Source of the DNA: Cyanophora paradoxa CCMP329 | Taxonomy: Eukaryota > Plantae > Glaucophyta | Direction of reading: 5' to 3' | DNA length: 64,000 nt | Assembly (NCBI GenBank): GCA_004431415.1 | Contig: QPMI01000062.1 | Span: forward strand, 372,001 to 436,000 | Part shown: positions 24,601-35,388 of the stretch, piece after piece | Layout of the letters: every line of letters starts with the position of its first letter | Numbering within the stretch: the first letter of the stretch is position 1 | The notes under the pieces: generated by a model | Seen by the model: the letters and a program-made list of their open reading frames with translations, nothing else | What the model was told of the DNA's origin: nothing | Databases searched by the model: none | Made by a program: the position numbers and the translations under genes

Positions 24601-25184
24601 GAGGAAGAGGAGGAGGAGGAGGAGGCGCCGGCAAAGAAGCCCCGGGCGAGCAGCAGCGTGGCTGTGCCGGCCGCGCCGGCTGCCGCCGCCCTCCGCAACC
24701 GGTCGCGCGCCTCGGCGGTGAGTCGCGGCCGCGGGCACCTCGCTGCTGGCCGCGCGCGAGCTGAGGCTGCGGGGCAGCCGGCGGCGGCGAGCTCGTCGTC
24801 GGAGGGGGACCGGAAGGGGCGGCAGGCGGGGCGGGCGTCGACGGCGCTGGTGCCCGTGGCGTCGGTGGCGATGCTACCCGTGCAGGGCGTCGCCGTCTAC
24901 TGGGCTCGCATCCACCGCCTCGGGGACCCCTCCGGGGAAGCCCACCTCATCCGGGTACCCCGCCGCCCTCGCCCCCCTTCCCGCGCCCAGGGATCGACCC
25001 CCGTGCACAGCTCCGGCCGAACGTGCCGCTGCGGGACCAGCTGCTGGGCGCCGCGGACCGGCACCTGGACGGCCACTTCTCACGCGTCGTCAACGCGTTC
25101 GGGGAGGAGTTCGTGTACCCCAACACGACCCTGGACGAGATCTTCGACGGCGACGAGACCCACTTCGACTTCTTCGTCGTGTAA
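21630..25184 (+). CDS. Acidic, low-complexity protein with about 5 C2HC/C2H2-like zinc fingers and a possible C-terminal ubiquitin-like domain
   Basis: FVCRKCG..GLDLHEARC; LVCKTCG..GLKAHE; LRCERCG..VLGRHR; FPCKTC..GLSNHLRSC; PCPICGK..GLWSHIQSC; poly-Glu tracts; final exon ends PNTTLDEIFDGDETHFDFFVV*. The exon structure is only partly resolved. Confidence 0.7.
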
Positions 25185-25638
25185 CTACTACTGATCATGA
25201 GCCACGGTGGCTAGCCGTTGCTAGCTAAGTCGATCAAGAGGGGCGCGGCATGCACAGGCCCGGCAGGTAGCTGCAGGGCCGAAGTCCCGCTGTTCATGTA
25301 CGTTTATAAACGTACGTATACATGTGAAGTGTAATCCATTCGCTTTCGCTTCATGTGATCATGAGCTGAAGCTTCCCTTATAAATTAAGCTTCGAATCTC
25401 TCAACTTCGTTGAGGCCCGCGGCCGGCGCCGCCGCGTGGAGTGGTGTACGCCACCGGAGCGCTTAGCTAACTCACTTCTGAATTTGATCCCTCGCGCCTC
25501 TTCGTTCATTATTCCCAAGTTCGACGGTACCCCCAGCAGGGAACTTCCCCCCCATCGGGCATAATTGCTTTCTGCGACTTCACGTCGCGCGCATAGGAGT
25601 CGCACTAGCCTAGGGCACGAGCACGCGACTCCAGCACC

Positions 25639-28559
25639 ATGAGCGGCATCGTTCTCCGCTCCCTTGCTGCCCAGGTGTCGCGCTGCGCGGCGGTTGTCCC
25701 AGCCGCGGCCCGCACGTCGAAGCCGGCGACGCGCGAGGTCGGCCGCGTGAATCTCCTCGTCCAGAAGGAGATCAGGAGCGGCGCGTTCGCCACGCGCAAT
25801 GCGGCGCTGGCCGCGAACCCGATGCGCGAGGCGCGGCGACTCATGTCGTCCGTCGGCTCGGCCCTCAAGCGCAGCCAGCGCGCTAAGCCCGTGCCCGTCG
25901 AGAAGAAGGAGGGCAAATCGGCGATGAGCAAGGTCGGCTCCTTCCTGGGCGACATCAAATTCGATCGTGCGTTATTGGCGCGCGCGCGGTCGACCAGACG
26001 GCTTCCGACGCCGCGTCGCAGTCGGCGCGGCGCAGCTTGCCCGCGACTGGAGCAAGCTCATGACGACGGAGAACCTGGCGAAGGACGTCCAGGCCGGTAT
26101 CACCGTCGCCTGCGTGGTGCGACCGGACCCGAACCGCGCGCCGCGGAATCCGTTCCTGACGTGCTGTTCCTCTCTTCCTGCGCTTGTCTATATGATTTCA
26201 GGCCGTTCCGCTGTCTCTCGCCATCGGTGAGCCGCCCATGATTGCCCTATCGGCCGTAGCGGTCAAGGGACGCTGACCGCTTCTCGCGCAGCCCTGGGCT
26301 CCGGCGTGCCTGCTGAGGTCGGCCTCATCACCGCTATCATCGGAGGCGCCGCCGCGTCGATCTTCGGCGGCACGCCGCTCGCCATCTCCGGCCCCGCCGC
26401 CGCCCTCTCCTTCGTCTGCTACGAATGCGTCCAGAAGTTCGGCATCGAGGGCCTCATCATCCTCACCGGCACCTGCGGCATCCTCCAGGTGAGCGGCGCC
26501 GCGCCGGGTGGTCGTCCTGGGCGCCGTGCGCGGGTCCCTGTGCGGGATCAAATTCTTGCGCTTACCTGCACACACGAGCGAGTAAGCTCGGCAACTTAGA
26601 AAAACCGAGTTTTTAAACCCCTAAAAGAAATAATGGAAAACATCATTTTCCTTATTACATATTGCATATAGTTGGCATAGGTGGCCACTATTGGACTTCG
26701 CCCCCCCTCTGTCCCAGGCTCCACCCCCCCCCCTCCCCCAAGGCCTCCCCCTAAGGCCCCTCCCCTTCTCACGCCCCCCGCGCAGATCATCTTCGGCATG
26801 CTGCGCCTCGGCGGCCTCGGCCGCTTCGTGCCCATGCCCGTGCGCCCCGCCCGCCCCGGCGGCGCCCCCTCCGCGCCCCGCGCAGCGCCGCGCCGGCTGA
26901 CGTGCCTCGGCGCAGGTCATCGCCGGCTTCACGACCGGCATCGGCACCATGGTGCTGACGCAGCAGGTCCGCCCCGCGCACGCACGCGCACGCGCGCGCC
27001 GGCCGCCGACGCGCCGCGCCCGCGCGCAGCTGCCGGTGGCGCTGGACCTGCCGAAGCCGCCGTCGAGCCACATCATCGACGTGCTGCCGCACATCGTCAA
27101 GTTCGTGTCGCAGACGAACCCGCACGCCATCTTCCTCGCCCTCGCCACCGTCGCCGTCTCCCTCGTCCTCCCCAAGATCCCCGTCATCAACAAGGCCCGC
27201 CCCGGCCCCGCCCCTCCCCTCCTCCCGCCCCCGCTGACCCGCCCCCGGCGCGCAGTTCCCGGCGTCGCTCTTCGCCGTCATCTCGCTGACCCTCCTCAAC
27301 GTCGGCCTGGACCTCGACGTCTCCATCATCGGCAAGGCGTGTTCGCCCTCCTCCGCCCGCCCGCCCGCCCGCGGCCCTGACCCCGCCCCCCCCGCCCCGC
27401 CCCGCGCAGATCCCCGACTCGCTGCCCCCGATGCGGCTGCCAGACTTCTCGCGGGTGACGGGCTCGCCGGCTGAGCTGATGGGCGTGACTGCCGTCGTGT
27501 TCGGCGTCGCCTCGGTCGAGTCGCTGCTCTCGTCCTCGGCCGTCGACAAGCTCGCCAAGGGCCGCGTGGAGCGCCACGACCCCGACCAGGAGCTCATCGG
27601 CCAGGGCGTCGCCAACGCCTCGGTCGCCCTCTTCGGCGGCATGCCCGTCTCCTCCGTCATCGTTCGCTCCTCCCTCAACGTCAACGTGCGCCCCGCGCCC
27701 CCGGCCCCGCCCCCGCGGCCCTCTCGAGGCAGCAGCTAACCTCGGCGCCTGCAGGCCGGCGGCATGACGCGGCGCTCGGGCATCTTCCAGTCGGCGACCC
27801 TCATCGCCATCGTCTTCGCCCTCGCCCCCTACATGAGCGAGGTCCGGCCCCACCCCGGCTCTTGACGGGAGCGCCGCCCCCTGACCGGCACCGCCCCGCG
27901 CGCAGATCCCGCTGCCCGTGCTCTCGGGCATGCTCCTGACGGTGGCCATCCGCATGCTCTCGCCCCACGAGATCAAGACGATCCTCAAGGTCGACAAGGC
28001 GGAGGGCGCGGTCTGGGCGGCGACGGCGGCCGGCATCGTGCTCAAGGAGGTCATGTCGGGCGTCGGCGTCGGCATGGTCGTCGCGCTCACGCAGGCGGCG
28101 ATGCGCAAGCAGTTCGGCAAGATGACCTACGCCGTCCGCCAGGACATCCCCGTCCGCCTCGAGACCCTCACGCCCCTCGAGCCCATCGACCCCGCCGCCC
28201 CCGCCCCGGCCGCCCTCACCGACGGCTCCCCGATCTCCGTCCCCGCCGGCTGCGAGGCGGTCGACTACGTCGCCCTCGCGGGGCCCGTGACCTTCGTCCA
28301 GTCGGCGACCCTCACCGCCCTCATGGCCGCCGTGGGCCCCGTCGGCCGCACCACGCCCCTCGTGATCAACCTCGAGGCCGTCACGCACCTGGACGTGACC
28401 GGCGCGGAGTTCATCGTCGACATCCTGAACCCCTTCATCGTCTCGGGCCGGGTCGTCCGCTTCACGGGCGCCACCGAGGCCCTCGAGGCCAAGCTCGTCA
28501 ACGTCGACCACTCGCACGTCATGGAGAAGGACAACGTCGAGTTCTACTACCGCGACTAG
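25639..28559 (+). CDS. SulP/SLC26 anion transporter with C-terminal STAS domain and N-terminal organellar presequence
   Basis: KDVQAGITVACV/AVPLSLAI/ALGSGVP, ISGPAAA, VIAGFTTGIG, ESLLS..DPDQELIGQGVAN..FGGMPVSSVIVRSSLN; STAS LAGPVTF..VINLEAVTHLDVTG. Confidence 0.95.
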
Positions 28560-29614
28560 GGCCCCCCCACCTCTGGGCCCCGCCCCTCCTCTCCCCCCGT
28601 TCTTCTTCTTTCCTCCTTGTTGTACTGCTAGCCGGCTGTGCCCCGCCGGCCCCGCCCCTCCGATTTTTCCCTCCCGTTCCGGAGGCGTCGGGCCGCGGAG
28701 TGCCGCGTTCGAGTTCGTAGGCCTAGGCCCCCTAGAGTGACAGAGGCCAGGTTAGTTTCCGAGAGTTCCTCCTACCTGCATTCCGGAATCTGCGGCGCGC
28801 AGATACAGCGTCACGGCGTCTTTGCCCGTGATTTTTCGATGCTTTGCAGACACCCCAGACCCTGAGAGTGGTTTGATCTTTGGCCTTCGCTTTCTTGCTT
28901 CGCGATGAGACCAGTGGTTGCCTTTTTGTAAACTTCATTGAAATTACTAAACAATACATAATGTAATATGACAATCGATCATCGGATCCGAAACTCATGC
29001 ACTGCGCGGCACGCGCGCCCCGGCGGCTATAGACTCGAGCTCAGTGAGCCGCTAGCGGTGCATGCGCATACTATGATATGCATGAGCTCTGGATCCGATG
29101 ATCTAGCTGATGTACCTGCTAGGTATAGGGCCATGACATGGCCATGGCCAGCATGCGCAAGCTCAACCGCGAGCCGCTGAGCTCATGATCATGATCATGA
29201 TCATCATGGCCATGGCAGGCATACTATGATGTATGAGCATGATAGCTAGATCTAAGACTTCGCGCTAGCTCAAGAGGCGCGGCACTGCGGCATGCGCATA
29301 TCCGATGATCGACGTCATGCCATGATCATGATCATGATGATCTGGCGTTGAGCTCCGAGGCTCCCCGCCTCAGGGCCTCCGAGCTCGAGGCGCTCGGTGC
29401 ACGTGGCCCCGGGCCCAGTGGCTTTGGTATGGCAAGGCCGCGAACGACGGGTAAGAATGAAATTCAAAAGTGTACGTATACGATAATTCAAAATCTTTTA
29501 GATGGGTATGCTGCACACAAGGAGCGGCGCGGCAGCAGCGCGGGACTAAGGGGGTCTGCGGGGGAGAGCGCGGGGGAAGGGGTCCGTGTTCGGGTCCGGG
29601 CGCGGGGCGCGGGC

Positions 29615-31883
29615 TCAGGCCTGGGCCTGGGCCTGCGGGGCGGACTCGCGGAGGAAGGAGGAGACGCGCGGGGCGAGGGTGATGCCCGACTCGAGGCAGG
29701 CCCCGAGGGAGACGCCGTTGACGTAGTTGCCGGTGAGGAAGACCCCGGGGTAGTCCTCCTCGAGGGCGCGCGCGCGCTCGAGGCGGGCGAGGTGGCCCTT
29801 GTTGAACTGGGGGATGGCCCGCTGCCAGAGGTGCGCCATGAGCACCTTGGGGCGGGGCGCGTCGGCCTTGAGGACCGTCTTGCGCAGGTCGGCGTCCACC
29901 GCCGCCGCGATCTCCTCAGCGCCCATCTCCGCGATCCCCGTGTCCTGGCCCCGCCCCCCGTCAGCCCCGGCCGGCGCGCGGGGCCACGGGGCGCGACGGA
30001 CCTGGGCGCCGCCGATGTAGGAGGAGATGAGGACGTGGCCCTCGGGGGCCCGCCCCGGGAAGAGGCTCGAGCTCCAGATCGAGCCCAGGGTCCGCACCTG
30101 CCGCCGCCGCCGCCGGTCAGGCGGGGCGCGGCAGGGCGCCGGGCGGGAGGGGCGGGCCTTCTGGGAGCGCGGGATGAGGTTGCCGAAGCCGCGGAGGGGC
30201 ACGCGGGCGGCCTCCTCGGGGTAGCCCAGCGAGACGGCGGCCACGGGGGGGTAGTAGATCTCGGCGAGGGCGTCGGCGGCGTCGGGGTGGAGGGGCCGGA
30301 CGAGCTCCGAGGTGATGTACGCCGGGCTGCTGATCACGATCGAGCGCGCCTCGACCATCCGCCGGCCCTCCGGCGTCTCGAACTCGGCCACGTAGCTGCC
30401 CTCGCCCGAGGGCTGGAAGGAGAGGAGCTTCCAGCCGAGCTGGACGCGCTCCTGCCCGCCGAGCTCCTCGGCGAGGTGCTCGGGAAGCATGTGCAGGCCG
30501 TCGCGGAACGAGGCCAGCTCGCCCGGCTTCGCCACCGGCACGTTCGGGTCCGCCGGCGGCGCGTTCTTCGCCGCCCTGCGCGCCCCGCCGCGCCGCGGCC
30601 GGCGTCAGCGGCCGGCGGCGGGGGCGGGGGAGGGGGCGGGGGAGGGGGCGGGGGCTCCCCGAGGGGACGCACTCGCGGCGCTGCATGAGGAGCTTGAAGG
30701 TGCCTGCGAAGAGCGAGCCGCCCGTCTGCTCCAGCGCGTACAGCTTCGCGAACGCCTGCCCGCGACCGCGTCGGCGGCGGGGCAGGGCGGGCAGCGAGGA
30801 GGAGGGCGGGCGGGCGGGGCGGGTGCGGACGGCGTTGACGGAGAGCTTCTTGGGGTCGCCGGCGTAGACGCCCGAGACGAAGGGGTCGATGAGCTTCTCG
30901 AAGGCCTCGTCGCCCAGGTGCCGCCGCACGAACTCCTCCAGGCTCTCCTCCCCCGCCATCGCTGGCCGCACGAAGCCCATCGCCCCCAGGCCCGCCCGGA
31001 TCTTCCCCGGCCAGCTCAGCAGCTTGAAGCCCACCGCGTCAGCCGGCCTGCGCGGCGCGGAGTCAGCGCAAGCCGGTTTCCTTTTTGCGCCTTCTTTCGG
31101 CCGGTGCGAAGTGCGCACGCCATCGGGAGCGGGAAGAGCTTGTTGTTCCAGAAAACGAAGCGGGGCAGGGTTCCATCAGCGAGGACGAGCTTGTCCTTCA
31201 GGCCGGCGTCCGTGATGAACTTGAGGAGGGTCGGGTTCGGCTGGAAGCTGTTCGGGCCGACCTCCCACGTGTAGCCTGCGCGTCGCCTCAGGGCTCCGCG
31301 CGCTGCGAAACGCGGACCGCGACTAAATAGCTCCGCACCATCCTGGTGGCGGGTCTCGATGCAGCCGCCGACGCGCGGGCGGGACTCGGCGACGAAGACG
31401 TTCACGCCCTCCTTCTTCAGGTTCCACGCGAGGGACAGGCCGGACACACCAGCACCAATGATGAGGGTGTCCACGCTCTGAATGTGCGGTCGGTCAGGTC
31501 GCGCGCGGGTGAAGCGCAACGAGGCCGTCGCAAACCTTGCGCTTGTCGCCGGCGGCGCCAGCCTCGGCGCGCGGCGGCGGGCTGGTGGAGCGCTCCGCCT
31601 CAACGCCAGTAGCCTTCGCCTGAACGCTGCGGCTGAGCCTGCTGCGGGCCGCAGAACGGGACTGGCGGGAGCTGATTGGCCCGCCGACGAACTCCTTGCG
31701 CAGGCCGAACTGGCGCTCCGAGTCCGATTCCGGAACTCGCACGAACGAACGAACAGCCCGCTGCGGCCGGCGGGCGCCCTGCAGCTGGCTAGCTGCGGCC
31801 GACGTCGCCGCACGCTGCTCAGTCGGCACCGAGGGGCGCTCGGCGGTCAGACTGTGGGCCGGAAGGCCGTACGCGAACGCCAT
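29615..31883 (-). CDS. PPOX: Protoporphyrinogen oxidase (HemY-type), plastid-targeted
   Basis: Transit peptide MAFAYGLP..; IIGAGVSGL (FAD binding), [78 protein letters not shown]. Confidence 0.97.
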
Positions 31884-32225
31884 GCCTGTGAAGAGCATAT
31901 ACATCAGCGGCGGCGCACGACGACGGCCGGAACGGCCACGACCCATCAAGCACGGCAGGCGGATGCGCCGCCGACACCGTAGCGCAATTTTAGAAACCTC
32001 GCAGGCGTCTTACCTTGCTTGTGCCTTGCCCAGGACGAGAACCCGCCCGGTTGTGATTTTGCTTGATACTTCCCCCCGACTTCACCCCCCTGTTTGACAG
32101 CTAGGGTACAGGTCGTCAGGTCTGTCGTCGCTGCTCCGAAGCAACCAGAGGTGTTCGGCCGCCCGGGCGATTCAACAGCAGCGGTTGCCGTGGCCTAGCG
32201 AGGCGGCCGGCCCGCTGTTCTTCGA

Positions 32226-34928
32226 ATGGCCTCGCTCCTGCCTCTGCCCGTGCTTAGGGCGTTCCGGCGATACACACGCCTTTTGAGGACCCAGAGACGC
32301 ACGCTATTGCTCCCCCTCTTCCTGTTGGGGGTCATTCTGGTCGCGTTCTTCTTCTTCGGCAGCGGGCGTAGCGCTCCCGCCGCAACGGGCGAGGGTTCGT
32401 GTCGAAGCCCGCACGCGGCACTGCTGCGCTTTCGATTTGCCGAGCCCTCCCCGCAGGGACCGCCAATGGCGCTGGAGCCGCAGCCGGTGGTGCGCCCCAG
32501 GCGCTTGACGCGCGTTCTGTCGCGCGTGAGGAAGCTAATCGAACCCTACTTCAGATGGCAAGGGGTCGAAGGCTCTGACCGATGACCCTGATCTGGTTCC
32601 CGCCCTCGGCGACCCAGCAAGCGAGGGCAAGACCTCGGACAGCAAGGACGGCGGTAGCCTCTCGGACCCGCCGCCACTGAAGGAGCCCGCCACGCGCGCG
32701 CAGCCTGGCACCCGCGCGGAGCCCGCGACCCGCGCGGAGCCAGCGACCCGCGAGCCGGCCAACCGGGAGCCCGCCAACCGCGCGGACCCCGCTCGGGAGC
32801 CGGCAACACGTGGCGCTCCCGATGACGACGCTTCGGGCAGCTCGTCTCGTCCGGCAGGCGGCCACGCGCAGAAGCCGCGGCCGGCGGCGCAACCGGGCGG
32901 GGGCGCGGGGCGGACGCCGGGCCACAGCGCAACGCCGGCGAAGAAGTCGTACGCGGACGAGAGCGCGCTGCAGCGGCAGGAGGCCGTCAAGCAGGCCTTC
33001 CTCCACGCCTGGCGCGGCTACGAGAAGTACGCCTGGGGCCAGGACGAGCTCAAGTGCACCGCCCCGCCCCCGCGCGCCGCCCGCCCCGCCGGCGCCTCAC
33101 CCGCACGGCAGGCCGGTGAGCAACACAGGCGGCAACTGGCTGGGTCTGGGCGCCACCATCGTCGACTCGCTGGACACGCTTCTCATCATGGGCGCGCCAC
33201 GCGCCCCGCCGCGCGCCTCGCCGCGCCCCTCGCGCGCCGCTCACGCTGGATCCCAGGCCTCAACGAGGAGTACCAGAAGGCGCGCGACTGGATCGACACC
33301 TCCCTCAAGTTCGACAAGGTCCGCCGCGCCCTGTGCCTCGCGGCCCTCCCCGCGGGGGCCGAGGCGGGGCGCAGAACATCGACGTGAGCGTCTTCGAGAC
33401 GATCATCCGCGTGCTCGGCGGGCTGGAGGCCGCCTACGACATGTCCTTCGACAAGGCCCGCCCCGCGCCCCTCGCCCCGGCCCCCCTGCCCCTCCCCGAG
33501 CCGCGCGCCCCGCAGATGTACATCGCGAAGGCGAAGGACCTGGCGGACCGGCTGCTGCACGCCTTCGACACGCCGACGGGCCTGCCGATGGGCCAGCTGA
33601 ACCTCGTGACCTTCGCGAAGAGCTGCGCCTCGTGGACGGGCTTCTCGGCGGTGCTCGCCGAGGTGGGGACCGTCCAGCTCGAGCTCCGCGAGCTCTCCCA
33701 CCACACGGGGGACCCGAAGTACCAGGAGAAGGCCGACTCCATCATCCGCCTCATCGACTCCCGCGTCCGCCCCGCCCCCGCCCGCCCCCTGTGCCCCCTC
33801 GCCGACGCGCCGCCCCCGCAGAACGTCGCCGACGGGCTCTACCCCCTCTTCATCGACCCCAACTCGGGCGCCTTCACGACGGGTGCGCGGCCGCCCTCCC
33901 TCCCCCTCCCCCTGGGCGCCGGGCCGAGGGCGGCGGCAGGCTCGGTCTCGTACGGCGCGCTGGGCGACTCGTTCTACGAGTACCTCCTGAAGACGCACAT
34001 CCACTCGGGCAAGTCCGAGGAGACCAAGTTCTACCGGTGCGGGGGGCCCCGTGCCCCGTCGCCGCCCGCCCGCTCCGAGCGAGGGGCCCCCGCAGGCGCA
34101 TGTACGACGTGGCGGTGGAGGGTATGGCGAAGCACCTGATCCAGAAGTCGGACCCGTCGGGGTACACGTACATCGCCGAGTGGAACGGGGGGCGCCCCGT
34201 CCACAAGATGGACGAGCTGGCCTGCTTCGCCGGGGGCATGCTGGCGCTGGGCTCGACGGACGCCCCGCAGCCGGAGCGCGACTTCGAGCTCGGGCGCGGC
34301 GTGACGGAGACGTGCTACAAGTTCTGGGAGAAGCAGCCGAGCGGGATCGCGCCGGAGAACGTGTACTTCCAGTTCGGGCGGGACTTCACGAACGGGGCGA
34401 ACTACTACCTGCTGCGGCCGGAGACGCTGGAGAGCATCTTCTACATGTGGCGCTTCACGCACGACCAGAAGTGGCGGGACATGGGGTGGAAGATCTTCGA
34501 GGCCATCGAGGCCAAGTGCAAGACCCCCTCCGGCTACTCCGGCCTCCGCGAGGCGCCCCGCACCCCCGCCCCGCCCCGCCCCGCCCCGCCCCCGGCTCAC
34601 CTACCTCCCCGGCAGGTGTCGAACCCGAACCCGCAGAAGGACGACTCGATGCAGAGCTTCTTCCTCGCGGAGACCCTCAAGTACCTCTACCTCCTCTTCT
34701 CCGAGGACGACCTCATCTCCCTCGACGAGTGGGTCTTCAACACCGGTGCCCCCGCCCCCGCTTTTCGCCCCCCGGGGCCCGCGCCCTCGTGCCCCCCTGA
34801 CGCCCGCCCCAGAGGCACACCCGCTCCGCATCTGGACGTACGAGCACGGGGAGCGGAACCTCCACCCGCCCCCCGCCCCTCCCCCCCAGGTCCCCGCCCC
34901 CCGCCTCCTCGCGCCGCCCCGCCCCTGA
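32226..34928 (+). CDS. MNS1: Class I alpha-1,2-mannosidase (GH47), type II membrane protein
   Basis: N-terminal TM (LLLPLFLLGVILVAFFFF); AFLHAWRGYEKYAWGQDELK, GATIVDSLDTL, VSVFETIIRVLGGL, GALGDSFYEYLLK, HKMDELACFAGGM, YYLLRPETLES, MQSFFLAETLKYLYLLF, NT/EAHPL. Confidence 0.96.
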
Positions 34929-35388
34929 CCGCTCGCCGGCACCCCGCAGTCCCCGCCGAGCCAGGGCGGCCTCCCCCAAGCCGGCTCCCGCACCGCCTAA
35001 TAGCGCACCTGCTGTAGAACAATATACTAGTAGACAGGCCCTTTTTAAACTGTCCCGACTTGCATGCAGTTCCGTACCGAGGCCTCGAGCCTCGGAGCTC
35101 GCTCACGCGCAAGCACGCGGGCCAGCGCCCGGCCCCTGTGCAGGGCTGTAGTTCTGGATCGTCTAGCCCTTGAAGGTACAAAGCTCACTGGAACTAGCTG
35201 GCAAGGACAGGAAAGGGTGGAGGGCGCTACGGACGGAAGGTTGGCGAAAGGAGCAAATGATGGAGGGGGCGGTTCGGGAAGGGGGCAGCGGGGGGTTTCG
35301 GACGGGCGAGAGGGTGCTCGGGGCGAGGGGGCAATGGGACCGGGGGGAAAGGGAGCGGAGGGGACGGGGCGGGGGCGGGGCGGGGCGG

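Noticed and set aside
22115-24625. (GAG)n tracts as non-coding microsatellites
   Set aside because: They encode poly-Glu in the zinc-finger protein.
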